From positions 1 through 56,640 of IMG/VR virus record IMGVR_UViG_3300002460_000037: a stretch of DNA of 56,640 bases; one strand, given 5' to 3'. This document shows positions 37,972 through 47,132 of this stretch, one piece after another (position 1 is the first letter of the stretch; every line of letters begins with the position of its first letter). A program made the translations under genes and the position numbers. The DNA is from a virus (Duplodnaviria; Caudoviricetes). Below the pieces are notes generated by a model. The model was not told the DNA's origin. It saw only the letters and a program-made list of their open reading frames with translations, and searched no databases.

Positions 37972-38225
37972 TCATTGTCCTCGTCGTCATTGTCCCATTC
38001 GTCGTCGTAGTCGTCGTAGCAGTCATTGCATCCAGGACAATCCACAATTCCGTGGTTGTGGCATATGCACAGGTGATCTCCGCCGCATTCGCACTCCAGG
38101 AACCCGGATGCGCCGCACGAGTAATCAAAAACACTGCTGTCAAACATCTCCTCGTAAGTGCCAGTTGCTCCACACCAGCATTCAAAAAAGTCGCCTTGCT
38201 GGCGTGGATCGTCTCTTTCGGTCAT
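37968..38225 (-). CDS. Cys-rich small protein with acidic tail
   Basis: CWCG, CECGGDHLCICH, CPGCNDC; ATGA coupling at both ends. Confidence 0.65.
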   Translation of the reverse strand: MTERDDPRQQGDFFECWCGATGTYEEMFDSSVFDYSCGASGFLECECGGDHLCICHNHGIVDCPGCNDCYDDYDDEWDNDDEDNE

Positions 38226-38989
38226 GGTTTATCCCCAAAACAGATCGGCAAGTCAGTTCTCAGAGTAGCCAATTTCCTCACAAGTGGTTCCTGACTCCTG
38301 AATTCAATCAGCGATTCCCGGATCTTGGTCGTAATACAAGCCGCTTCGATCGCTTCCGCCTCAGCCAGCAATTGATTTAGCGGAGCAATGCCAAGCAACG
38401 CCTTGGCGCGAACGTCACCGATTCCGTGAGCTCCAATCCACTGGCCAGCCTTGCCGCAGATCATGGCGTACTCAATGTACATAGACGGCGGAAAGCCGTA
38501 CTCTCCCGCCATCATTGCGGCAGTGTAAAACTGAGGTGTGCGCAGGTCACCAGGCACTTCCACTCTAAACCGCTTTAGCTGGTTCACCCTGCCGCTTTCT
38601 AGGAGCGGGTACAGATCGTGATCCGTCGATGCCATGATTACCTTCCCGTCAAACGATGTGGCCAATGATGCAATGACATCGTCCGATTCGCAGCCATCAA
38701 CTTTCAGACAGCGGATGCCCTTGTCGGTCAATCTCCGCCAGCATTCCGCGATCGCCCACAATAGCTCGTCGGGCTTCTCCTCGCGATCAGCCTTGTACTG
38801 TGGCCACAGGTCTCGCCTAAACGATGCTAGCGAGTCAAAGCAGGCTACGGTGTGCGTCGGCCTGAATCGCGAGATCATCTCGACGATCCGATCACACGTC
38901 AGGTCGTCAGCACCGTTCCCAGCGGCGTGATAATCCTGGTGGACATGGTTATTGCAATCAATCGCCAGGAGCAACCGGTCAGAAGTCAT
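38222..38989 (-). CDS. 5'-3' exonuclease / flap endonuclease (PolA N-terminal type)
   Basis: LLAIDCNN, ACFD...FRRDLWPQYKADR, ESDDVIASLA, STDHDL, HhH GIGDVRA. Confidence 0.9.
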   Translation of the reverse strand: MTSDRLLLAIDCNNHVHQDYHAAGNGADDLTCDRIVEMISRFRPTHTVACFDSLASFRRDLWPQYKADREEKPDELLWAIAECWRRLTDKGIRCLKVDGCESDDVIASLATSFDGKVIMASTDHDLYPLLESGRVNQLKRFRVEVPGDLRTPQFYTAAMMAGEYGFPPSMYIEYAMICGKAGQWIGAHGIGDVRAKALLGIAPLNQLLAEAEAIEAACITTKIRESLIEFRSQEPLVRKLATLRTDLPICFGDKP

Positions 38990-39551
38990 TGTGCACTCCG
39001 TTGCCGTTTAACGAACGATTGACCTTCCACGGGAGCAATGACAGCTTCGACAGCGCATTGTTTTTTGGAACGGGGCGAGGCGTATTGCACGAGTGATGCA
39101 CTTCCTGTCCGTCTGGAATTCCCGTACTCGTTTCCGAACCGCGGGCTTGAATCCATTGCAGGACGTGCACTCCGATCTTGCGCTTCATGCCGGCGTAGGA
39201 CACTTCGACGAAGCGGTAACCGCTGTTGTGGGAATCTGGGACTTGCCTGATGACGCGCCACTCTCCGTTCTGGTTGCTTATGCACTTACGGCACGATTCC
39301 ACAACAGAAGTGATTGGATCAACTCGCAAGTCGCGATCGACGAATAGCCGAATCAGGATGTGCTCCCAGGTCATTCCCTTCCTGGAATCTTCGGTGTGCG
39401 GCGGCAGTCCGAAAGAATACTTGGCACTCGATGTCCACCGCCAGCCGCATGCTAAGCATTTCAGTCGGGCGGTCTTGCCGCTATCGGAAGTCGACAGCCT
39501 GCCCCACTTCATGCCAATCTGTCTCGGTGGATGGCCGCACTTGCAAGTCAT
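38979..39551 (-). CDS. HNH endonuclease with N-terminal zinc ribbon
   Basis: True start likely ATG 39551 (MTCKCGH..CLACG); GYRFV..VHVLQW..IPDGQEVHH..NNALSKL..N. Confidence 0.7.
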   Translation of the reverse strand: MTCKCGHPPRQIGMKWGRLSTSDSGKTARLKCLACGWRWTSSAKYSFGLPPHTEDSRKGMTWEHILIRLFVDRDLRVDPITSVVESCRKCISNQNGEWRVIRQVPDSHNSGYRFVEVSYAGMKRKIGVHVLQWIQARGSETSTGIPDGQEVHHSCNTPRPVPKNNALSKLSLLPWKVNRSLNGNGVHNDF

Positions 39552-39553
39552 GC

Positions 39554-39779
39554 TCAAAACATCCTGTCGATAATCTCGCACAGGTACGCGGTATTGATCT
39601 TTTGCGGGTCTGTGTCTTTCACTTTCCGCAGTAATTCCGCGAAGTATGCCACGTCCACGCCCGTCAATTGTTCCTCCAGCACAGCTACGTCTTTCAAATT
39701 CAGGTCGCCGACTTGCAAGACCATCTTGACGATGGTCGATTTTGGCCCTAATGACCGACTTAATGACTTTGGCTTTCAT
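39554..39779 (-). pseudogene. Internally deleted, frameshifted remnant of a conserved phage protein (nucleotidyltransferase-like family)
   Basis: MKAKVIKSVIRAKID, then a frame change near 39734 into IVKMVLQVGDLNLKDVAVLEEQLTGVDVAYF...YLCEIIDRMF*; both ends recognised from a much longer family. Confidence 0.7.
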
Positions 39780-40183
39780 TAAAATCCCTTTCTCAGTTCA
39801 GAGCAAAATTGGCGAAACTCCCCGCTGTTCAATGCTTCGTCGACGGCGTGCTGTAGAGCCGATGCTTGCATGTGTGGCGGCAAGGTCGCAGCGAATTGAT
39901 GGTGAGTCATTGACAGCCTCGGGTGCCAGTTAGCGGCGGATACCTTCGAGCACACACCGACCAGCCGGTGAATGTCCTCAAGTGACGCATCGTTCGTTTC
40001 CAGCGCCGACCAAAACCGATCGCCGAACCGCTGCTGGCCAATTAAGGCCAAACGTCCCAACCACATTGGGGAACACCGCCGGAACATCGCCACCGCGACG
40101 ATTGCCGCCTGCAATTGCTCGAACGTCGTTCCACTAGGGATGCGGACCCCTTTGTCAGTGACCTCGATCGGTCCGAGCATCAT
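39779..40183 (-). CDS. LmbU-like DNA-binding protein
   Basis: WLGRL...G..RFG...LSMTHHQFAA.LP..Q...L..A.....EFR pattern. Confidence 0.55.
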   Translation of the reverse strand: MMLGPIEVTDKGVRIPSGTTFEQLQAAIVAVAMFRRCSPMWLGRLALIGQQRFGDRFWSALETNDASLEDIHRLVGVCSKVSAANWHPRLSMTHHQFAATLPPHMQASALQHAVDEALNSGEFRQFCSELRKGF

Positions 40184-40397
40184 TGTTTTTCTTCTCCTTC
40201 GCGATGCGTTTCTCCCGATAGATCGTGGCCGCTTCTCCGGGCGTCATCCGATTCAACGTCGCGAAGTTCAGCGGGAGAAGATAATTGGCCCCAGCCGACA
40301 GTTCATGACGAGCGCACACCCGCCAATGTGTATCCTTCGTGCAGACGGCAGTCGCCCGTTCGTGGCAGATCGAACAATAGCCAGGTGTGAGAATCAT
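40155..40397 (-). CDS. Small zinc-binding hypothetical protein
   Basis: CSIC..VCARH; coupled to neighbours. Confidence 0.55.
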   Translation of the reverse strand: MILTPGYCSICHERATAVCTKDTHWRVCARHELSAGANYLLPLNFATLNRMTPGEAATIYREKRIAKEKKNNDARTDRGH

Positions 40398-40732
40398 GGC
40401 TCGGCATTCTCCTTTGCGTTTACCTTGTTTGCGAGTTCAGTAATCAGTTTGGTCAGGGACGCCACTACGGTCGCAGCGGAGTCGAGCCGCCCAGAAAGCT
40501 GGCCAAGTTTGGCCATATCGTCGTTGCGTTGCGACTTGAGCGCGGCTACTTCATTACGCAGCTCGACTAGCACCTTGTACTGGTCTTCGTACTCAGAGGC
40601 TAGTCGATTCAGCAAGTGGCCGAATCCCTTGAATTGCTGTGCGTACCAGGCCGCGGAGTATTGGTCGGGTGGTTCATTCATAATCAAAGCCAATAGATCA
40701 AAGGTTTCACTGGTGATTTTTCGTCTGGACAT
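40394..40732 (-). CDS. Coiled-coil hypothetical protein
   Basis: Heptad-rich C-half; ATG 40732. Confidence 0.55.
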   Translation of the reverse strand: MSRRKITSETFDLLALIMNEPPDQYSAAWYAQQFKGFGHLLNRLASEYEDQYKVLVELRNEVAALKSQRNDDMAKLGQLSGRLDSAATVVASLTKLITELANKVNAKENAEP

Positions 40733-41031
40733 AGCGGCTTCTGGCGTGGCTCGCGATGGTATGCGGCAATTGCGGGGGAATAACGCGAGTAGGCCGTTGG
40801 GCACCGATGGACGCAGCATCCACCCACTTCGCAATCACACTTTTCTCCGCACGACGGGCATTCATGTTCTTTCGCTTGCATCCGCCGAATCAACTCGACA
40901 CAGACCCAGCAGCCGCAGAATTTTCCGCCGCACTCGCACAGTTCCTTCCACTCGTGTCCCACTTGCGTAAACGGACGGATGCGGAGGCAGTCTTGGCAAA
41001 GCATCTGTTTGTTTGGGATAGAGTCAGTCAT
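40684..41031 (-). CDS. Cys-rich hypothetical protein
   Basis: Multiple CxxC/CxC motifs; GGAG RBS. Confidence 0.55.
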   Translation of the reverse strand: MTDSIPNKQMLCQDCLRIRPFTQVGHEWKELCECGGKFCGCWVCVELIRRMQAKEHECPSCGEKCDCEVGGCCVHRCPTAYSRYSPAIAAYHREPRQKPLCPDEKSPVKPLIYWL

Positions 41032-41201
41032 TGCTTTTGCTCCAGTGGCTTTTCTAGGGTCAATCGCGAGACTCCATTATTGACCAGCACGCGGTAGACG
41101 ACGTGATCCGGAATCCTCATTTGTCGGCAGATCGACCAGAAGCGGAATCCGTACCGTCGCAGTCGCAAAATTTTCCGGACAGTATGTGGGTGTGGTTTCA
41201 T
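41028..41201 (-). CDS. Small basic HTH-like protein (below the ORF-track cutoff)
   Basis: MKPHPHTVRKILRLRRYGFRFWSICRQMRIPDHVVYRVL...; fills the gap; ATGA-coupled downstream. Confidence 0.5.
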   Translation of the reverse strand: MKPHPHTVRKILRLRRYGFRFWSICRQMRIPDHVVYRVLVNNGVSRLTLEKPLEQKQ

Positions 41202-41204
41202 ACG

Positions 41205-41396
41205 TCAATTGGCATCCCATTTACTGTATTCAAGGAAGTTTTTCAGAATGATTGCCATTACCCGCTCTCGCCACACAAAGAATCCGGCTTCCATGTCTTG
41301 CTCGACTTGTGCCGCCTGACCGGCTTCGCCTTCAATGCTGTCGAGTTGATCATGGATCTCCTCCGCGGCGGATTGAATCCAAGGGTATATGGCCAT
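41205..41396 (-). CDS. Hypothetical protein
   Basis: AAGGAG RBS; operon packing. Confidence 0.55.
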   Translation of the reverse strand: MAIYPWIQSAAEEIHDQLDSIEGEAGQAAQVEQDMEAGFFVWRERVMAIILKNFLEYSKWDAN

Positions 41397-41401
41397 TTCG
41401 T

Positions 41402-41677
41402 CTAGTCTCCTTTTCCGCCGTATCGCTTGGTTGCCGAAAGTGCTTCACATATTTCACAAGAGTGGCCCTCTCGGCCATGCACGGCAATTCTATTCACAAG
41501 CGACAGCATCGCATTCCGTAGTCTGGCAATGACCTTGCTATGTTCCAACAATTCCTCGTGCCGGTTTTGTTTTATCGCTCGATCGATCCTGCCGGCTAAT
41601 TCCGACAGCGTCTGAGGAATCCGTTTTGTCGGATCGCCAAGCAACACCCAAGCACTATTCCACTCGCTGTCGGCCAT
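41402..41677 (-). CDS. Hypothetical protein
   Basis: GGAGGAG RBS; H....CEIC motif. Confidence 0.6.
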   Translation of the reverse strand: MADSEWNSAWVLLGDPTKRIPQTLSELAGRIDRAIKQNRHEELLEHSKVIARLRNAMLSLVNRIAVHGREGHSCEICEALSATKRYGGKGD

Positions 41678-41692
41678 TCAGTCACTCCTCCG

Positions 41693-41732
41693 AAAAAAAC
41701 CACCCGGAGCACCGCCAGATGCTCCCGGGTGG
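41693..41732 (-). terminator. Rho-independent terminator
   Basis: CCACCCGGGAGCA/TGCTCCGGGTGG stem with a U7 tail on the minus strand. Confidence 0.7.
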
Positions 41733-41785
41733 ATCGGCTACTCTCCTGGCTGGCGCCAGTTTGCCGCGAGCATCGCAAAAAAGTA

Positions 41786-42445
41786 CTAGTTGCCGTACTT
41801 GCTGAGAATCTTACGCTCCTCGTCCGTGTACGCATTGAACATCGACACCGATCCGAGAGAGGCGCCGCCAACAGACGCCTCTCGCATCAGCTGCACTTTC
41901 GCGCTCGAAGTGGCATATCCAGCACCGATCTTATCCGGTGCCAGCTGGATTCCGCCCATTGTTTTGATTCCGAGCGACTTACACGTCGCAATCGCGTCGA
42001 TGTTAGCGCCGAGAAACTGGAACTGCCAATTGTACTTTTCAGTTTGCTCTTTAATCATCGCCACAATTTGCGGTGCCTTGTATTCTCGACTTGAGTTTTC
42101 TAGGCCATCCGTGCTAATTATGCACACGACCAACCCGGGTCGATCAGCTTCGTCCATCTTCGCTATTCGCTGCCCAACTGTGGTCAGAGCAGTGCCGATT
42201 GCGTCGAGAATCGCCGTCATCCCGCTAGGAACGAGCGTGTATGGAGGCACGTCCCTGATTGGCTTCGCATCGTGCAACACTTCGCATACATGGTTGAATT
42301 GCACGAAAGTCAACACGGCTTCGCCGGCTGCGTTCTCCTGGTCCTTGATGAACTGGTTGATTCCACCTTCCGCGTCCCTTCTACAGCTCGACATCGAGCC
42401 ACTTCTGTCGCTAACGATAATGATCTCGGTCAGGTTCGTGTTCAT
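41786..42445 (-). CDS. von Willebrand factor A domain protein
   Basis: MIDAS DRSGSM, TAILDAIG, STDGLENSSRE, FQFLGAN. Confidence 0.88.
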   Translation of the reverse strand: MNTNLTEIIIVSDRSGSMSSCRRDAEGGINQFIKDQENAAGEAVLTFVQFNHVCEVLHDAKPIRDVPPYTLVPSGMTAILDAIGTALTTVGQRIAKMDEADRPGLVVCIISTDGLENSSREYKAPQIVAMIKEQTEKYNWQFQFLGANIDAIATCKSLGIKTMGGIQLAPDKIGAGYATSSAKVQLMREASVGGASLGSVSMFNAYTDEERKILSKYGN

Positions 42446-42464
42446 TGCGATCCCCATTAGTTGT

Positions 42465-42710
42465 TCAAAAAATATCATTCAGCGCCTCGGTCAGAGGCTT
42501 CACAGTCGCCCCATTCCTCTTCATCCAATCTCCGTGAACGACACAAACCGGCTGTATCACGCCGTCGAGCACGCGGGCCATCGTTGCCTTCTTGTCGCAC
42601 GTCGAAAGCATGCAGGTGTACCGTTCTTCCGGATTGTCGTCCTCGTCGGTGTATCCGCACTGCGGGCAGCGGAATGGTTCAGTCACATTTTTCTTCAGTG
42701 GCTCGACCAT
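42465..42710 (-). CDS. Small zinc-finger protein
   Basis: CPQCG, C....C, CVVH; GAGGA RBS. Confidence 0.55.
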   Translation of the reverse strand: MVEPLKKNVTEPFRCPQCGYTDEDDNPEERYTCMLSTCDKKATMARVLDGVIQPVCVVHGDWMKRNGATVKPLTEALNDIF

Positions 42711-42819
42711 TGTTCATCCTCAAAAACGCCCTTCCGCTTCTTCAGTCCGGGCCAGACTATCTGTCGCTTACACGCCGTCCAAGCGGACAGGCGGCGCGCC
42801 TTCACAAGTGTTTACGCAA

Positions 42820-43203
42820 TTACTTCTCGTGAGTCCCCTCCACGTCGCGGGCCATGCGATCCCTAGTGCGCGAGTGTAATTCATCCAGCGCATTTTCCAC
42901 GTAGATCAATGCGCGGCGATTCGACTCGCACGCATACGGCCCGTCCTGAAAACATTCGAGCCGATCGAGAATAATTGCCAGCAGGGCCTCGCCGCTTATT
43001 CCGTTAATGCCGACTTCACCGATTGGACCGTTTTGGAAACGGATCGGACACATCACGGCTGGTGGAACGTCGGAATTCCGCGATTCGATGCTCGTGATAC
43101 CGTACAAATGGCAGGCACCCCCTTGTCCAGGCTCGTCGAGCACATCGATCCGGAGCAATTCATTCATCCCGTTCACTTTGTGACTGGTCAATTCTCTGGT
43201 CAT
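42820..43203 (-). CDS. tad1: Tad1-like anti-Thoeris/anti-CBASS nucleotide sponge
   Basis: G.GGA.H.Y, I.FQ.G, LL.I..DRL..FQ.GP.....N..AL..VE.AL.....R..DR..R.V.GT, matching the Tad1 pattern over its full length. Confidence 0.8.
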   Translation of the reverse strand: MTRELTSHKVNGMNELLRIDVLDEPGQGGACHLYGITSIESRNSDVPPAVMCPIRFQNGPIGEVGINGISGEALLAIILDRLECFQDGPYACESNRRALIYVENALDELHSRTRDRMARDVEGTHEK

Positions 43204-43583
43204 TCAAGTCTCCTTTGAAAAGTTTTCGACTCGTGGCAATTCTTACACAAAATTTGCAATCCGCAAATTTCCACGAAAAGCTTTTCCACAAATCCTCGCA
43301 CGTCGTCAAGCGACTTCAGTTGTCCGACGGGCACGATATGGTCAACATCAACGTCCTTGGCGGCGTACCAGTGGCCGCACCCGGCGCAAAGGTATTCCCA
43401 TTTCATTCTGCGATTGGGTCCAACGTACGGCCTCCTAACGGCCTTCATGGCCAAACGGGCTATCGGTGGCCAGCGGCGGGACATCTGGCGTAGGCCGCTG
43501 CGTAGGAATCCCCAATAGGCCGCGTCCGTCCATTCACCACCGGCGCGGGTGCGTTCGACGCGATTTGTCTTGGGGCGTCTCAT
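43200..43583 (-). CDS. HNH endonuclease (T7 gp7.7-like)
   Basis: RWPP, CAGC, VDVDHIVP, LQILCKNCH..KT. Confidence 0.8.
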   Translation of the reverse strand: MRRPKTNRVERTRAGGEWTDAAYWGFLRSGLRQMSRRWPPIARLAMKAVRRPYVGPNRRMKWEYLCAGCGHWYAAKDVDVDHIVPVGQLKSLDDVRGFVEKLFVEICGLQILCKNCHESKTFQRRLE

Positions 43584-45130
43584 TGTCCATTCCTGCCAGT
43601 AAGTGATTCAATCGGCACATCCCTAACCTTCCGAAACCAATCGCGATCGTTTTTTGGCATCGATGGCAGCGAATGCGGAGGATAGCCCCAGTTATGATCT
43701 TTGGCAAATGTTGCTTCCAATTGAGCGAACGTCATGCTCATCACTGATGGCTTTGTGCTCTTGCGTATGGCTCTTACGCGAGACTCCCATTCACCGGAAA
43801 TCCTTTGGTCATTACTCAAGATGCGGCGTGCTCGGTATATCTCGCCACGCATCTCTTTCAATGATCCGTCACGCTGAAGAACAATTCGAGTCCTTCCTTC
43901 ATATCGGAACCCGCACTTCCAACACTCCTGACCGGACAACCGGCACGCATTGCACTTCGGGCAAACAATCGGTTCGCTGTCCTTCTTTCCTCGAATCCTC
44001 GCCTCACGCATGCCGGAAACTATTCGGTCGTCATCGTCGAGATTCCATTGTCGATCAGAATTCAACGACCCATGCCGATGCCAATTTCCACCATGATCCT
44101 GAATGCAAACGTGGTCCATGCTCGGGTGGGCCCTCAGCAATCTCCCGCCAGCCTGCAAGTACGACGTGAGTGACCCGAACACGGTCGCCATAATTCCGTG
44201 GTAGGCCCACGGTACGTCAATCCCTTCGCGCAAGACGAAACGATTGCACACGACCTTGATGTCTCCGCTCTTGCTACGATCGAGAATTTCCTCTCGGGCA
44301 TCCGGATCGTTTTCTAGTTCTTGACCATCGATCACGACCGAATCGCCGTCAATGTGCGCCGCGGATATGCCAGCTTCGGTGAGCGAAGAGCACAGCCATT
44401 TCGATTCCGCCACACCAGGGGCAAAAAGCAAGGCCGGCTTGCGTTCCGGGTTCAGGACGTTGTAATTTTCCACGACTCGACCAAACACGCGATGGGCGAA
44501 TTCCATTCGCTTGTCGTTCGGGATCCCGCACTCGCCTTCTCCGATCTTGATTTTGCCGATCCATTTCGTATCCGGTTCGTCCGGGCCATAGTGATGGGCG
44601 AGGACCAATGCGCCGCATTTGCGCATCTCGCTGTTGGTGCCAGCGACGATTAGGTGCTTGTATAAATGACCGATCCCAAGCGGAGTGGCAGTGAATCCAA
44701 GCACTGCCGCATCGGGAACCAGTAGCCGATGGGCTTCCACGAGTGCCAGCATGGAATCACCAGCTTGTTTGTGCGCCTCGTCGATTAGTACGAGGCGACA
44801 GCGATGTACTTGCCGATTTCCCTTGACGCACTTACTGAGTTCCGTCTGCGTCATGCACAACTGAACATCATCGAGCAGGCGTGGCTTAATCTTCGCGGCC
44901 CGGATTCCGTGCTCAATTCCATGTTCGTCCAAGCCGCGGTGAATTTGGTCGAGCAACATTCGGCGGTCGGTGTAGAGTGCGGAACTTTGTCCGGGCTTGT
45001 AGATCTGGTCGAAAATAATCAGGCTCTTTCCCGATCCAGTGGGGCCAGTGACGCAGATGTTGCGATGGCCTGCCGCGATGGCTGACGGTATGGCCGCGTT
45101 GGCGTATAGTTGATTTGGCCGTCGCTCCAT
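43580..45130 (-). CDS. SF2 helicase (ResIII/RadD-like) with C-terminal zinc finger
   Basis: GPTGSGKS, IDEAH, GFTATP, LREGIDVP, QAGGRLLR, CPKC..CWKCG; ATG 45130 coupled to the upstream TAA. Confidence 0.9.
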   Translation of the reverse strand: MERRPNQLYANAAIPSAIAAGHRNICVTGPTGSGKSLIIFDQIYKPGQSSALYTDRRMLLDQIHRGLDEHGIEHGIRAAKIKPRLLDDVQLCMTQTELSKCVKGNRQVHRCRLVLIDEAHKQAGDSMLALVEAHRLLVPDAAVLGFTATPLGIGHLYKHLIVAGTNSEMRKCGALVLAHHYGPDEPDTKWIGKIKIGEGECGIPNDKRMEFAHRVFGRVVENYNVLNPERKPALLFAPGVAESKWLCSSLTEAGISAAHIDGDSVVIDGQELENDPDAREEILDRSKSGDIKVVCNRFVLREGIDVPWAYHGIMATVFGSLTSYLQAGGRLLRAHPSMDHVCIQDHGGNWHRHGSLNSDRQWNLDDDDRIVSGMREARIRGKKDSEPIVCPKCNACRLSGQECWKCGFRYEGRTRIVLQRDGSLKEMRGEIYRARRILSNDQRISGEWESRVRAIRKSTKPSVMSMTFAQLEATFAKDHNWGYPPHSLPSMPKNDRDWFRKVRDVPIESLTGRNGQ

Positions 45131-46164
45131 TACTTTTCTCCGGCTCGCATCTTCTTCAGACTTTGGAGAATTGTTTCCAAAGCCTCGTCGGCGGCCTTGT
45201 AGCACTCGCCCTTGCCACCTAGCGCCGCTGCGATGGCGTCGATTCCGCGAACGGCTGGGCTAATGTGCTGCCTGACCAGCTGGTCGACCAGCTTGGCAGC
45301 GGAAGCGACTTCTTTTCCTCCCTTGACTCGCTTCTTCTCCTTTGGATTGTCGGGGTGATCTTCCTTGCAGTCCGAGCAAAACCGCGAGCCATTCCCATCC
45401 GATTCCCATGTGTGCTTGCCGGATTCGCTTATCTCGCATTCCGGCTTGGGAATCTTGACTTTCAGGCCCATTGCGGCGGCCACGGACTGCTTTTGGCCCG
45501 TCCGAACCTGGCGAGCGATATCCTGTTGGTCACTGGCGCTCCTCTCGGAAAGAGACTTCAATTCGGAGTCGCTGACCTTAAGAATCCCGGCCTCGATCGC
45601 CCGTTTGACAGGCTCGGAAAGCTTAACCAACATGGCTACGAACTTGGCATCTCTTTGGAGTGTTTTGGCAGACACCCCAGCTTTTTCCGAGAGATTTGCA
45701 ACACTCGACTCTCTTTCGGTGGGTTTTTTTGCATTTTTGCCGCTTTTCCTCGGAGGGACATTTTGTCCCTCCGAGTGTGTTGGACCACCAGGGATCAGAT
45801 TCCCGTGCCCACCATCCTGCTGCTTGACGCGGTCGTACATTTCACCGCGAGCCTTACGTATCTGGATGGCATTTAAGAGGTTGCGTTTACCGAGTGCATG
45901 GTCCACGATCCATAATTCGGCGTCTTCTTGGCTCTCGAACTCCATTTCCTTGACGGAGAACGGCACCCCCTTTCGCTTGGCAATCGGGTAGCGGTGCATT
46001 CCGTCGACGATGACGTTTTTTCCGGCAACGGCCCAGAACAGGATTGGGTCGATTACGCGACCGTCCCCATCGATGTTGATTTCTAGCTGGCGGCGTTCGT
46101 CGTCGGTCAGGGGAGGTAAAAGCGACTTGAAACGAGAGCTGATTACGAGTTCCAGATCTGGCAT
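45130..46164 (-). CDS. ParB/Srx-like N-terminal domain protein with HTH
   Basis: FKSLLPPLTDDE, IVDGMHRY, LGKRNL, AGVSAKTLQRDAKF. Confidence 0.8.
   Translation of the reverse strand: MPDLELVISSRFKSLLPPLTDDERRQLEINIDGDGRVIDPILFWAVAGKNVIVDGMHRYPIAKRKGVPFSVKEMEFESQEDAELWIVDHALGKRNLLNAIQIRKARGEMYDRVKQQDGGHGNLIPGGPTHSEGQNVPPRKSGKNAKKPTERESSVANLSEKAGVSAKTLQRDAKFVAMLVKLSEPVKRAIEAGILKVSDSELKSLSERSASDQQDIARQVRTGQKQSVAAAMGLKVKIPKPECEISESGKHTWESDGNGSRFCSDCKEDHPDNPKEKKRVKGGKEVASAAKLVDQLVRQHISPAVRGIDAIAAALGGKGECYKAADEALETILQSLKKMRAGEK
45713..45775 (-). repeat. Palindrome plus 42-bp phased A-tract element, copy 2
   Basis: Perfect 12-3-12 palindrome 45749-45775 overlapping the end of the block homologous to 34-75. 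Confidence 0.8.
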
Positions 46165-46177
46165 GTGAATTCTCCAG

Positions 46178-46396
46178 TTACGCGAAATGATCGAGCGGCA
46201 GGCCAAGAGCCTTGGCGATCCGGACGACAGTCGGAAACAGGGTGTCGTGACTGCCCTTCTCGGCGCGGAAGATAGACGATACTGGCACCCCAGAACGGGA
46301 AGAAAGATGTTCAAGCGTCCATTGTTTTCGTCGTCGTGACAAGACTAATCGTCGTGCGAGTCGCAAGCGGTGCGTTTTGTTGTTGCTTTTTGTCAT
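46178..46396 (-). CDS. XRE-family HTH regulator (Cro-like position)
   Basis: RRRKQWTLEHLSSRSGVPVSSIFRAEKG...TVVRIAKALG. Confidence 0.85.
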   Translation of the reverse strand: MTKSNNKTHRLRLARRLVLSRRRKQWTLEHLSSRSGVPVSSIFRAEKGSHDTLFPTVVRIAKALGLPLDHFA

Positions 46397-46413
46397 TTTT
46401 TATTTCCTGTGAC

Positions 46414-46461
46414 TTGTTCTTTCAATGTTGGCAAGCTACATTTGCTGACCTGGTAAGTCAA
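46414..46461. promoter_or_regulatory. Overlapping divergent sigma70-like promoters
   Basis: Minus: TTGACT(46461)-17-TAGCTT(46438). Plus: TTGTTC(46414)-17-TACATT(46437). Confidence 0.6.
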
Positions 46462-46487
46462 CCATACAACAAAAAAGGGAGCGTGAC

Positions 46488-47132
46488 GTGGAACAAGGCA
46501 GCGAATCTTGGGTGCAGGCTAGGCTAGGGCATATTACCGCATCACGCTTCGGCGACGTTCTGACCAAGGCGCGTTCTGGTGGTGGGCTGAGCAAGACGGC
46601 TCAAGGATACCTATGGGAATTGGTCTCCGAACACATGACCGGGAGGCCCGCCAGCGATGTCGACACGTACGCCATGCAGTGGGGCAAAAAGTGGGAGCAA
46701 ACCGCTCGGGACATCCACACCAACGAATTCGGCAGTGGACGGCCAAGTAAGCTGGCACCGTTTATCCGGCATCCAACGCTGTCGTACGTCGGAGGCTCTC
46801 CGGATAGTCTCATTGGTGATGACTCGATTGGGGAGATTAAGTGCCCCCTGACCGCGAGAAATCATGCACGGGTTCTTTGTTCAGGCGAAGTGCCTGAAGA
46901 ACACGACGAGCAAATCCAAGGATTGCTGTGGATCACTGGGCGCAATGTGGCTGAATTCTCTAGCTACCACCCATATTTTCCAAAGCCGCACTACATGGCA
47001 GTGGTGCGTGTCGATCGCAACGACGAAATTGTTGCCGCGATTGAGAAGGCTGTCACGGCATTCCGCGTCGTGCTGTTGGAGTCACTGAAAAGACTTGGTG
47101 TCGAACCACTGCCGATTAGGACTCTGGAATGA
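46488..47132 (+). CDS. YqaJ / lambda-exonuclease family recombination nuclease
   Basis: QGSESW..AR.G.ITAS, MQWG..WE, GSPD, EIKCP, QIQGLLW. Confidence 0.9.
   Translation: MEQGSESWVQARLGHITASRFGDVLTKARSGGGLSKTAQGYLWELVSEHMTGRPASDVDTYAMQWGKKWEQTARDIHTNEFGSGRPSKLAPFIRHPTLSYVGGSPDSLIGDDSIGEIKCPLTARNHARVLCSGEVPEEHDEQIQGLLWITGRNVAEFSSYHPYFPKPHYMAVVRVDRNDEIVAAIEKAVTAFRVVLLESLKRLGVEPLPIRTLE

Noticed and set aside
38979-39779. Single 266-aa ORF from the track
   Set aside because: Artefact of a frameshifted remnant (39554-39779) running into a separate HNH gene starting at 39551
42711-42819. Possible tRNA or small RNA in the intergenic gap
   Set aside because: Only a short GC hairpin; no cloverleaf or TTC loop recognised
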